Below, one piece after another: positions 52,721-64,000 of a DNA stretch of 64,000 nucleotides. Position numbers and translations under genes: made by a program. A model generated the notes under the pieces. The model was not told the DNA's origin. It worked only from the letters and a program-made list of their open reading frames with translations, and did not search any database. The stretch is taken from positions 109,554,001 through 109,618,000 of the forward strand of contig OX597820.1 of assembly GCA_951406725.2 (NCBI GenBank), in the 5' to 3' direction. The first letter of the stretch is position 1. Each line of letters begins with the position of its first letter. This stretch comes from Octopus vulgaris (taxonomy: Eukaryota).

Positions 52721-54067
52721 AATAACAAAATAAATTTAAAACATAAATGAAGACGTTATAATTAAACTATACATTTAGAAATAATCGATAAAATTTAACA
52801 GTATTAAAGAAAAGTAGAAACATAACTAATCTTATTGATGAGTACCAGTTAACTCCGCAAATTAAACATGGATGTCCTCTATTTATATGATTTCCAATTT
52901 AGGGGAGATAATTCTTATTATCTAAAGAAAATTATATCCTCTATAGATAAACATGATGTAATATAGCATTTACAGAGAAGTATTTCTAAATTCACATTTA
53001 TGTAGAAACTAAAACTTTATACAAAATCCATAGAATAAGCTGAATGTCTACAAATTGTTATATATTTACCAATCTATTTGCCTATTTTATAAACCTCTTA
53101 GTTAAATGATATTCTAGTTATGTACGTAAGCTACATAATCTACGGCTAATATATTCTCGTTATACTATTACTAATTATGACTATATAATTAGTAATCTAA
53201 ATTAGGGTTTATATGTATTCAAAACTAGCTAAACTTATTATGTAAGTAATTCAACTTATGTCTACATTTTATTTTTCTCTCATCTTGGGAATTAATCAAT
53301 TTTGTATTAGATTGTAATATTTCCATAAATTCGTTTGTACAGAATAAACAAAACTTATTACCTATTCTATAAGATTTGGTTTTACAAACTATCTCCCAAT
53401 TTAAGTTGTACTTAATTGCTTTAGACTTTAATTCCCATACATATTTGCTAAGGCCAGTTGAATTAATCAATTGTTTATTCTTAAATGAGTGCATGTGTTG
53501 GGCCACCCTTTGTTTAATTTTATTAGATGTTGACCCCACGTAAGTCACATTTAAATTTTAATTATTCTTAGTAGTAGTATCGTCTATCAGAGTCACTACA
53601 CATTTATATACTACGTCATCCAAATTACATTTATTTTTAAATTTACAATTTGTCTTATCTCTGCATGTACAATTTATTAAATTCTGGTTGTTATTGTTGG
53701 AGTTATTATTTAATTTATTAATGTAAAACTTATTCAGCTTATATCTATTAAAGGAAGAGATAATGTTACCAATGTTATTAGTAGTAGAATAACCAACTCC
53801 CCTACACTGGAAATCTTTTAAAATAGAGGATATAATTTTCTTTAGTACAGGTATTCATTAATAAGAATTATCTCCCCTAAATTGGAAATCATATGAATAG
53901 AGGACATAATTCCTTCAGTAGCAATGTTTAATTTGTGGAGTTAACTGGTACTCATCAATAAGATTAGTTATGCTTTTACTTTTCTTTAATACTGTTAAAT
54001 TTTATTTCTAAATGTATAGTTTAATTATAACGTCTTCATGCATGTTGTAAATTTATTTTATGTTATT

Positions 54068-54178
54068 TAGACCTGAAGAGTGGCTATGTATCATTGGTTT
54101 GAATTAATATTAATTTTTGAGATTATTGAGTTTGATATTGTCGATTCGAATATATTGTCACACAACGCGCGTCGTCGA
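54068..54178 (+). ncRNA. Hammerhead ribozyme-like motif in inverted PLE arm, GAAA core mutated
   Basis: GAC|CTGAAGA|GTGGC..GTCAC|ACAAC-GCGC-GTC|GTC. Confidence 0.65.
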
Positions 54179-54351
54179 TTTAATGTGTATTATGTAGTAT
54201 AGTATTTTTAGTACAATATTAATAATATATTTAAATTTATATTTTATTATTGATAATATCTTTCAGTATTAATTGAATTACTTTGATGGAGGTTCTGTCT
54301 CTTAATTCTATATATATATATTCACACACACACGCACATACATATATACAT

Positions 54352-54394
<43 letters not shown>

Positions 54395-54514
54395 ATATGT
54401 ATATGTATGTACAAATATAAATATATATATATGGATATGTGTGTATATATATTAATGAGATTCCAACCTTGTATGATTTTCATGTTTTATCACTTACAAT
54501 TTTTACAATCATAC

Positions 54515-55652
54515 AAACTTGTTGCTTTGGACATGTGATGTGTATGAGTAAAGACAGCTGTGTACAGAAGTGCCTGTCACTGAAAGCGAATGGTATCTGT
54601 GGAAGAGAGAGACCCAGGATGAAGTTGTGAGGTCCCATCTCAGGATGTTAGGGCTCACTGAGGAAATGACAATTGATCAAGATGAGAAACATGCCCATAT
54701 CAGCAAAACTTAATGCTAGAAGCATTGTGTCCCACCTACATGTAACAATAAACTTTTCACACATTCTTCCCCAAAGAACCAAACTACATATTTTCTAAAC
54801 TGCATTGTTGCCTTCCTCACATTTCCTCTTCATACACTATGGTTGTCTCTCACTTCTCTTCCCTGCCCTCACTTCTCTGCTTGCTGTATTGCTGCTTTCC
54901 CTCACCCCATCTTTATACCCAGGTTTTCACCAGTCACTGCAATCCCCACTCCCTACTTGCACCTTCTTGGCAATAGTTGGCTGTGTATATTATGACCTCC
55001 ATTCCTTGAGGGCATGACTTGGCAAGTGCCACCATCTATCTTCCTCTTCCTTACTCTACCATCCCTTGTTACTTGTGAGCATATCCTGGCATATCTCTCT
55101 CTTGCTCTCTCTGGCACTTTTGCTGTTTCCCACTCTCTCCCTCTTTCTCTTGCTCTTTTCTCTGGCTAGGTAGCTATGTATCTCCTCTACAGCAACACAC
55201 CTATTTCTGTCATCATTCTTGATCACTCTGTCTCCTCTTGCTTTTCCCTCTGGCTAGGTAACTGAGTATCTCCTTTACATCAGTACACTTGTTTCTGCCC
55301 TCTTTCTTGTACCTCTCTCTCTCCCCCTCTCTCTCTTTCTCTTATCTCTTTCTCTGGCCAGTAACCATGTACCTTGTGTACAGCAAGACACCTGTTTCTG
55401 CCTCTCTTTTTCCTCTGTCACACTCTAAACTCTCATCATCATGCCAAAACGGACTTGTGCTTGTGCCACATAAAAGGCACTCAGTCCACTCTAGAGAGTG
55501 GTTGGTGTTAGGAAGAGCATCCAGCCATAAAACCTTCAAAAGAGACAAAGTAGCCTGGGATAGTCTTCTACATGGCCAGCTCCTGTCAACCGTCTTACAC
55601 ATGCATGCATGCATGGAAGTCAGGCATTAAGCGAAGATGGGGATGGTGATGA
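54515..55652 (+). mobile_element. RTE 3' fragment with long pyrimidine-rich UTR containing three degenerate ~95-bp repeats
   Basis: FGHVMCM..CVQKC..GRERPR; TCTGGCTAGGTA..TATCTCC units near 55160, 55250 and 55350; GGAAGAGCATCCAGC and GAT tail. Confidence 0.75.
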
Positions 55653-55689
55653 TATATATATATATATATATCTCCTTTCCCAGTATTTT

Positions 55690-56380
55690 ATACTTCTTTT
55701 ATTTTTCAAAATTAAGATAAACAAAGTTCTGTTTTTAATCTAAAATATACTCTCCTTCATTTTCTACAATGCTCTTCCATCTATCTGATAAGACTTGCAA
55801 AATTCGTGAAAAATACTCCTCCAGTACTGTTCTCACCTCGTCTACAAAATTCAAATTTTTTCCATCGAAATGATTTTGAAGACTCTGGAATAAATTATAA
55901 TCAGATGGAGCAATGTCTGGTGAATATGGTAGGTGAGCTGTCGTTTCCCATTCAGACTCTCCAGCTTTTGGAATGTCATCCTCACTGTATGTAGCTGAGC
56001 ATTATCCTGATAGAAGAACATCTTTTGTCTTGAAAGCAAAGATGGTTGTTTTTCTTCTCGTGCTGATTTAAGCTGCTCACATATCTCCTTTGTTATCATT
56101 TGGTTTGGGTTTAAAAGTTCAAAACTGTTTTTCTCCTTTCCCTGCCCACAGTGTTTGGCACTTGGCATTTTTATAGAGAACCCATTTCTCATTATCAATC
56201 ACTATTCGGTCCAAAGTAGATTCATTCATGAGACGTGACAGCAAAGAAGAGCACACATTACCTCTCTGTGCACGATTACTCTTGGAAAGTTTGTAAGGAA
56301 CCCATTGACACAATTTATTGATTTCTCCAATGGCATGCAGGTCTCGATAAGTGGTTGAATGACCAAATCCAAGCTTCTCT
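55690..56380 (-). mobile_element. Mariner transposase fragment (second family)
   Basis: QWVPYKL, IVIDNEKWVLY, QDNAQLH, PYSPDIAPSDY. Confidence 0.88.
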
Positions 56381-56744
56381 GGATATATATAAATTAGTAT
56401 GTATGTAACTATATGAAAGCATTATGATATTGGGGTGTGTAAACTATCTTCAAATTCCATCCTGAAGGTAGGCCTATTCTTTAAAGTGTTTATTGCATTA
56501 CTTGTGTGTATTTATCGTAGGATTACTGGTTTATGAAGCTTTTGCTTTCATCTTTGGCAAGCAGTATTTTTACCCTTCTTTTATTCAAATATGTATGTAT
56601 ATACATATATATATGTATATACGTGTGTGTGTGTATATATGTGTGTGTGTGTATATATATATGTGTGTGTATATATATGTGTGTGTGTACATATATGTGT
56701 GTATATATATGTGTATGTATATATGTGTGTGTGCATATATATGA

Positions 56745-57040
56745 TAGACTCTCCCGTTGTTAGACAGCATATGAAGGTTCGACAATTTCTTATCAAACAA
56801 CCACATGAATGATTTGTTTATAGTGATCAAATGTTTGTGTAGACACAAGCTCACTCCCTCCATCAGATCAATATTACCTCTACAAGGGCAACAGGTGCCA
56901 CATGTCATTTGTCGAAATGATCGCAGAGCAACGTGAAATGAAGTGCTCAAGAACACAATGTAATGCCCAGTCTGGAAATTGAACTCACAATCTCGCAATT
57001 GTAAGTGCAACACCCTAGCCATTAAGCCATGCACCTTCAC
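56745..57040 (-). mobile_element. tRNA-derived SINE (third family)
   Basis: GGTGCATGGCTTAATGGCTAGGG..GTGAGTTCAATTTCC A/B boxes followed by a non-tRNA body. Confidence 0.7.
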
Positions 57041-57041
57041 A

Positions 57042-57101
<60 letters not shown>

Positions 57102-57811
57102 CTTTCCTTCTTTCTATCAGCCCTTTACTTTGTTCATTCCACTCTTTGTTCTTTCGTTTCCCCCTCTCTCACATTTCCCTGCCTTCTCTTCTTGCTCACT
57201 TTCCCTCCTCTTTTCATTTCACTGTGTCCCTGTCATTTTTTCTCACCCCTCCTTATTTCTCCTGTCCCTCTGCTTCTACCTCTCTCTCTTCTCTCCCCAT
57301 GTGACTGGTGGTCGGCCAGGCCTGATCTTTCTTGGTTCGGCCATCGTCCATGCAACATCTATATTCCTGCCTGTGAAATCTTAAATCAGCTTATTTGAAT
57401 TCATCCTTAGTCGAAAGACACCTGTTGTTATGTCCTGTTATTTGTATTTGTGTAACATTCTCTGTTTTTTTTTTTTCTGTCCTTGTTTTCATATACATTC
57501 ACTGCATTCTTCCAAGGAATCTAATGCTCTTAGCTTAGTTTTTTCCTTGGGGCTGGCCAGATTGGAGCAATCTTGAGTATAACCAGCTGAAATTGCCAAG
57601 ATAATCTGGAACTCGACTGAGGAAAGAAAACTCGAAATGACCTGTCCTTGTTTTCTTTGTATTGTCTATCTGGATGTTTTGTTGTCCCATTTTTGTATCA
57701 CCTAACTGTCTGGATGTTTTGTGTTCTTGTCCCATTTTGTATTTTTTATATATATAAAAATATATATATATGTATGTATATATATATATATTTGTGTATG
57801 TATATATATAT

Positions 57812-60800
57812 ATCATCATCATCATCATCGTTTAACATCTGCTTTCCATGCTAGCATGGGTTTGACGATTTGACTGAGGACTGGCGAACCAGATGGCTGC
57901 ACCAGGCTCCAATTTGATCTGGCAGCATTTCTATGCCAACTACTCCGAGAGTGTAGTGGGTGCTTTTACGTGCCACCAGCATGAGGGCCAGTCAGGCGGT
58001 ACTAGCAATGGCCACACTCAAGTAGGGTATTTTACATGCCACCTGCACAGGAGCCATTCCAGCAGCACTGGCAATAGCCTTGCGCGAATGTTTTTTACAT
58101 GCCACCAGCACAAGTGCCAGTAGGGCAACGCTGGTAATGATCACGTTTGTATGATGCTTTTTACGTGCCACTGGCATGGAAGCTAGTCAGCTGCTCTGGC
58201 AGTGATCACGCTCAGATGGTGCTCTTAGCGCTCCACTGGCACGGGTGCCAGTCATCGAATTTGCGATTTGATTTGATTTCGATTTCACTTGCCTCAACAG
58301 GTCTTTGCAAGCAGAATTTAGTGTCCACTGAAGGAAAGGTATGCATAAGTGGGCTGGTTACACCCCTGGCATAGGCCATGGGTTATGGTCTCACTTGGCT
58401 TGCCAGGTCTTCTCATGCACTGCATATTTCCAAAGGTCTCGGTCACTAGTCGTTGCCTTGGTGAAGCCTAATGTTTGAAGGTCGTGCTTTACCACCTCAT
58501 CCCAGGTCTTCCTGGGTCTACCTATTCTACAGATTCCCTCAACCGCTAGGGTGTGGCCCTTTGTCACCAGCTCTCTGAACTTTGCCCAGGTTATTCTTAT
58601 TCTAGCAGCTACACTTTCAGTGCACCCTCCCCAGCTACTGACTTAGTCACCTAGGTTACAGAAGCTATCAACTACTTGTAGTTTTTCTCCCTGGAATGTT
58701 ATGGATGTTGTTCTCTGTACATTTTCAGTGTTTATTGCTCCTGAGCATCTGCCATATACAAAAACTATCTTCCCAGTTAGCCTTTCTTTGATATTGCTGC
58801 ACCTCTTATGTGTCCATAGATTACACTGGGTACATCTTCTAGAGTTTCTACCTATGCTTTTTCTACAGATCGAGCAGGGATCTGAAGGGATTTGTGGTTT
58901 GTCTGCCTTCCTACATATTAGGACTTTGGTTTTAGCTAGGTTGACTCTAAGGCCCTTCGATTCTAATCCTTGTTTCCACATCTGAAACTTTTCCTCTAGT
59001 TCTGATAGTGACTCAGCAATTAGAGCAAGGTCATCAGCATATAGGAGCTCCCAGGGGCATCCTGTCTTGAATTTCTCTGTTTTTGCCTGGAGAACTATGA
59101 TAAATGGCAGGGGGCTGAGGACTGAAGATTGGTGGACCCCTACCTCTACCTGGAATTCTTCACTGTACTTGGATAGCTGGTCCCTCTGTTGGGTCGACAT
59201 TCGGCAGACTCTCTTTCTCCCATTCATTTTCTTTATTGAGCAACCTTTCATAGTGGCATCTCCAAACCTTTCTCTTTGCAGCTTCGTTTAGTGCAAGTAA
59301 ACCATCATCCATGCGGATATATTTCTACCCCACAATATCACGATTCTCTCTCACACACTGTCTTGCAATACGAAATACCTCAAGTCTTTGGTCCTCACGG
59401 CACAGAACATTGGCAAATTTTTTCTTATCTGCTTCCCCTCTAGCTAAATAAACCTGTCTCCTAGCTTCCCTTCTGTCAGTCTGATACAATTCCCTGTTAC
59501 CACCATTCTTCCGGTCCTTCCAAGCCTGTTCTCTAATAACCCTGTCAACATCATTGTTCCACCACCATGTTATTTTGAGACGAGAGGGTACTTTGCACCA
59601 TTCACAGATCTGGTCAGTGGCCCTCAGCAGGTTGTCCTGTAGAAACTTCCAGTTTTCTTCTACATCGTGTAAAGCTATATCCCATTCTTTTTCATCAAAG
59701 GCTTTGAGTAATATGTCTCTAAATCTCTGTCCATTCGTAGGATCTTTAAGCTTCCAGACCCTTCCATGCTGGTCATCTTCTGGGCATCCACTCAGTCCTG
59801 ATCCTGAAGTCTCTAACTACCAGTCTTATGTTGTGGGATACATTCTTCACCTGGGAAGGTTTTGACATTTATAAGCAGCCGTCTTTCCCTTTTTCTGGCG
59901 AAAATGTATTCAATTTGGCTAGTGTGTCTGCCAGAACGGTAGGTGACTAGGTGACTGGCAGGTTTCCTGAAGTTAGCATTGCAAACCATAAGATCATTTG
60001 CATCGCAGAACTCCAGCAGCCTGGTTCCCTCCTCATTGTGGGAACCAAAACCATAGCCTCCATGTACGCTATGTCCATTGAAGTCACCAGCCACAAAGAG
60101 AAGGTCCCTGTCATTCGTCAATGTGGTAGTCTGCAATAGGGTGTCATAGAATTGGTCTTTCTGTCCATCGGGTAGGCCTGGCTGTGGGGCATAGGCCGAG
60201 ATAATGGTTGCTAACCTGTGATGAAGCACTAATCTAATCTTAAGTATTCTGTCGCATACTCTGACAACCTCGATTACCTTATTCACCCATTTCTCCGCAA
60301 GAAGTATACCCATGTCCCCGACCTCATCAGTGTTCCCTGCTCAGAAAATCTTGTACCTGTGTTTTTTGCCTGTGAGGAACCTCCTCTCCACCTTATTTCT
60401 TGAAGGCAGCATATATTGACATATCTCTGTTCAAGCATCTCAACGATCTCACCAGACCTACCTTCCAGTATGCCAACGTTGAGAGTGCTAACACCGAGGG
60501 TGTGGGAGGTATGGGCCCTTGAGACTCTGGGACGGGGGACAGCAGCATCATGTACCTGAAAAGAAAGCTCACATTTGGCAGAATTCATAAACAAACAATA
60601 GCCTTCAGTTCAACCTACATATACTACTCTATCATATTTTTGCACTATATGATCACTACCTTACATAGAAGATAAACCCTAAGTAGGGGTGGGGATGGCG
60701 TAAAGCCTTTAGAACTTCTCATGGGAGACAACCAAAGGATGACAGGATAGGAACTTCAGGTACAGGTGGAGGAGTGGGTGGGCGGGTGTACCATGAACTA

Positions 60801-60820
60801 GCAAATTTAGACGAGAGCTT
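57812..60820 (-). mobile_element. RTE LINE with two internal deletions
   Basis: EN pieces 59813-60594, RT 58643-59170 (YADDL), junctions near 59171 and 58556, hairpin-array UTR, (GAT)n tail. Confidence 0.95.
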
Positions 60821-60877
60821 CTTCTGGATACATATTCTTTTGGTGGAGGTATATATAAAAAAAAAATCGAGTTGGGG

Positions 60878-61580
60878 AATCCGAGTGTGTGCACTAGTTT
60901 ATATAGGGTGGTGGTGGAAGTCTTGGCGAAGCGAGTGGTAATCGAGAGAGAGAGAGAGAGAGAGGAGGTAGTGGTCAGAACACGAAGGAGAAAAATATTC
61001 TTTTGGGATTCGTGTGGCATAATTTAACAAGACAGCAAATGTTGATAATAGTAAAATAGAATTGAAAAATCTGAGAACCAATCTAAGACAAAATTAGAGA
61101 AATAAGTGACTGTGTGATAAACTTTAATAGATGAATGAATGAATATGTTGTGGTTAAGGAAATGTGTGAACTAAGGTTATCTTAAGGCAACAACGAGGAA
61201 GATGAAACTATTGAAACTATATTTATATGATGACATGGTACGGAAATAGACAGAATAATGAAAAGAACTAATAAGGAGTTTATGATCTGTGCAGAAATAG
61301 AAGAGTAGATGAACGAGGTTGAAATGACAAAACTTCTTATCTGAACATCTTCTGGGATTCGTATTCTTCAGAGGTATTGAAAGCGAGTAGTGAATCCGAG
61401 TGCATGTGCTAGTTTATATAGGGTGGTGGTGGTGGTGGAGGAAGTCTTGGCGAAGCGAGTGGTAATCGAAAGAGAGAGAGAGAGAGACAGACAAACAGAG
61501 TTAGGCCAAGAGAGAGAGAGGGGGTAGTGGTTAGAACTCGAGGGAGAAAAATATTCTTTTGGGATTTGTGTAGCATAATT
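60878..61580. repeat. Dispersed direct repeat (60878-61024 and 61393-61580) upstream of the RTE
   Basis: AATCCGAGTG..CTAGTTTATATAGGGTGGTGG..GAAGTCTTGGCGAAGCGAGTGGTAATCGA..GGAGAAAAATATTCTTTT occurs twice. Confidence 0.85.
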
Positions 61581-61685
61581 ATCTATGTATATGTATGTGT
61601 AATATATATGTATATATCTATGTGTATGTGTGTGTGTATATATATGTATGTATATTATGTATATATATATATGTATGTATATGTA

Positions 61686-62098
61686 TTTACTCTTTTACTT
61701 GTTTCAGTCATTTGACTGTGGCCATGCTGGAGCATCGCCTTTTTTAGTCGAGCAAATCGACCCCAAGACATATTCTTTGTAAGCCTAGTACTTATTCTAC
61801 CGCTCCCTTTTGCCAAACCACTAAGTTACGGGGACGTAAAGATACCAGCATCGGTTGTCAAGCGATGGTGGGGGAACAAACACAGACACACAAACATATA
61901 CACACATACATATATATGTATATATATATATATGTGTGTGTATATATATGGCGTTAGGAAGGGCATCCAGCCGTAGAAACACTGCCAGATCAGACTGGGC
62001 CTGATGCAGCCTTCTGGCTTCACAGACCCCAGTTGAACCGTCCAACCCATGCTAGCATGGAAAGCAGACGCTAAATGATGATGATGATATATATACAT

Positions 62099-62139
<41 letters not shown>

Positions 62140-62281
62140 TACGACGGGCTTCTTTCAGTTTCCATCTACCAAATCCACTCACAAAGCTTTGTTCGATCTG
62201 AGGCTATAGTAGAAGACACTTGCCCAAGGTGACACGCAGTGGGACTGAACCCGGGACCATGTGGTTCATAAGCAAGCTACT
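61686..62281 (-). mobile_element. SINE (9678 family) with a nested + strand RTE tail at 61950-62088; head cut by the Tx1/L1 element
   Basis: Tail, body and B-box present; A-box end missing. Confidence 0.9.
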
Positions 62282-64000
62282 TTATTTCATGAAAGATTCG
62301 CCATTAAGGCGTTACATAGAGGGAACATACAAATACAGACAAACATATAGGGTGTAGTAGCTTAAAATATTGGTGATTACAATAAAATATATATAATATT
62401 TACAATATAAAGTTTTTAAAATTTGGTATTATACAGTAGGGCACGGATCCCTGCCATCCGGGTAGAACCTTTACTTCTTGATCCGGCCATGCTTACCTGG
62501 TGCCAGATATACCCAGCTTGCACGCTACAGACTTTCATCTTTTCGCAAACATATCTCGTGACAGACACCTCTTCTCCAGCCTGATCTTACTACTGAGGTG
62601 GTAATTGAAAAATTTGACCAACCCCTGGCCGGATACAAAGGTATCTGTCACTATACCTTTCGTACGCGTCTTCCTACTACGCAGGAAAGACAAGCCTTCC
62701 TTTCCCTGCTGAGGAAGGTAGGTGGCACAATCTCAATGATAGACTCTGCTGATAGCTGTACTCTTCCATTCACTGACAACAGTTGTTTGGCGAAAGCAAT
62801 CAGTGCCGATAACTCCGGACACTCCACGAATGCGTGCAAGATGGTTTCCCTATCCTGCTCACATCGCGGACATGTCGGCGAGACGGCACTTCTGTGCCTT
62901 GACAGCTTGTCGCGAACAGGTAACGCCGCACAGAAACACTGCCAGGCCAGGGATTTCTAGTAATTATCCAGGTACCCCGGCCCGAACGTTCTCCGGAACA
63001 GGTTGGTCAACTGATTTTCATCGTAGCCCAGGGTCTCCCCCAAGGCGTCTTCGGACTTAACCTCCACTAACCCGCTATAGAAATCCGCGGTGGAACTCCT
63101 GTTGCCGGCATTGCCCGCCCGAGAGAGTAGCTGAAGTGCCTGATGGCATTCCAATTGCCAGTCCCCAAGCCTAGGTCTCTGCGTGATCCAATTACCAATG
63201 TCCGTTAAGGACGTTAATCGCGGATGGTAGAACCGAACATGCGGTGACCACACCTGTTTGCCATCCAAGTAAAGCCAGAGGTGCCTCAACCTTCACGCGA
63301 CCTTTCGCATCTTCAGCCAAGGCATCCCTAGCCCACCCTTTAGCGGTTTCTGGCAGCAGACAGAGCGCTTTACAAGTGGCTTCCCTCCTTTCCACAAAAA
63401 GTGGAAAAGGATTCTCTCCAACTTGTTCATCCACAAATCGGGGCAAGGCACCACGGTCAGGCGGTAGGTGACTACTGATGCTATGAACATCTGCACCACC
63501 TCCGCCCTCCCTAGCAGGGATAACGCCCGTCCAGACCAGGTCTGGTTTAGAGCGGTCACCTTGCCGGCCACCTCATTCCAATTTTTCTCTATCTGGAGAT
63601 CTGGCCCGAACCAGACTCCGAGCAGCTTAACAGGACCTTCCGTCCAACGCCCCACGACGTTATTGGACGGCATCGGCTTGCCCCTCCAGGTGCCGAGTTG
63701 CAAACCGACCGACTTGTCCTTGTTCACCTTTGCTCCTGCCACCGCCTCGTAGCTTTTGATGGCCTCTTCCACCACTGGAAGCTGGTCCTCATCTGCCACG
63801 GTGATGGAGATGTCATCTGCGTACGCCGTAGCTCCTCTTCCACACCATGGATCATGCGGTGCACCCCCTATTGCCTCCAATTTCCGTAGCAAAGGCTCAA
63901 GAGCCAACACATATAGAGGAGGGGACAGGGGACACCCCTGACGAACTGAACACTCGATCCTGAACGGCTTCGAAAGGGAGCCGTTCACCTTGACCACAGA
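62282..64000 (-). mobile_element. Tx1/L1-clade LINE 3' part, GC-rich, lightly disrupted, runs off the window
   Basis: VRQGCPLSPPLYVLALEPL, AYADDI, KLLGVWF, GGLGMP, CCHC motif CPRC..ETILHAFVEC; frameshift near 63290 and stop near 62957. Confidence 0.9.

Larger units (their letters stand above)
52385..54312 (-). mobile_element. YRDD-family PLE 3' fragment with inverted terminal arms (52490-52945 and 53822-54310)
   Basis: GIY-YIG ORF 53225-53548 (YVGSTS..CLFCTNE); about 460-490 bp inverted arms; 3' extension 52385-52470; TA flanks. Confidence 0.9.

Overview
AT-rich, repeat-saturated eukaryotic DNA, not prokaryotic. The SINE/RTE/(TA)n landscape looks like an octopus (coleoid cephalopod) genome; this is inference. 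One host gene is visible on the + strand: four in-frame GT-AG exons (25572-25644, 27087-27220, 31848-31973, 50381-50578), the last carrying the vasculin/GPBP1-family motif SSSLEAEQRLLREMGW. Most of the rest is transposon-derived: five large RTE LINE copies, a CR1/L2-like LINE, a Tx1/L1-like LINE, tRNA-derived SINEs, mariner, maT-like, hAT and Helitron remnants, and about eight Penelope-like element (PLE) insertions, mostly next to (TA)n. Highlights: (1) about a dozen type I hammerhead-ribozyme (HHR)-like motifs in PLE termini, including a non-canonical G3:C8 core (GUGAACA) seen three times; (2) a 4.1-kb head-to-head PLE palindrome ending about 350 nt upstream of a host exon, plus two smaller PLEs with the same architecture; (3) a splice-acceptor-like TCTTTYCAG|G just upstream of the endonuclease domain in three RTE copies; (4) a variable-copy hairpin array in the RTE 3' UTR; (5) a covarying 3' stem-loop shared by a LINE and several SINE-like tails. 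All coordinates were read by eye; transposon boundaries are approximate.
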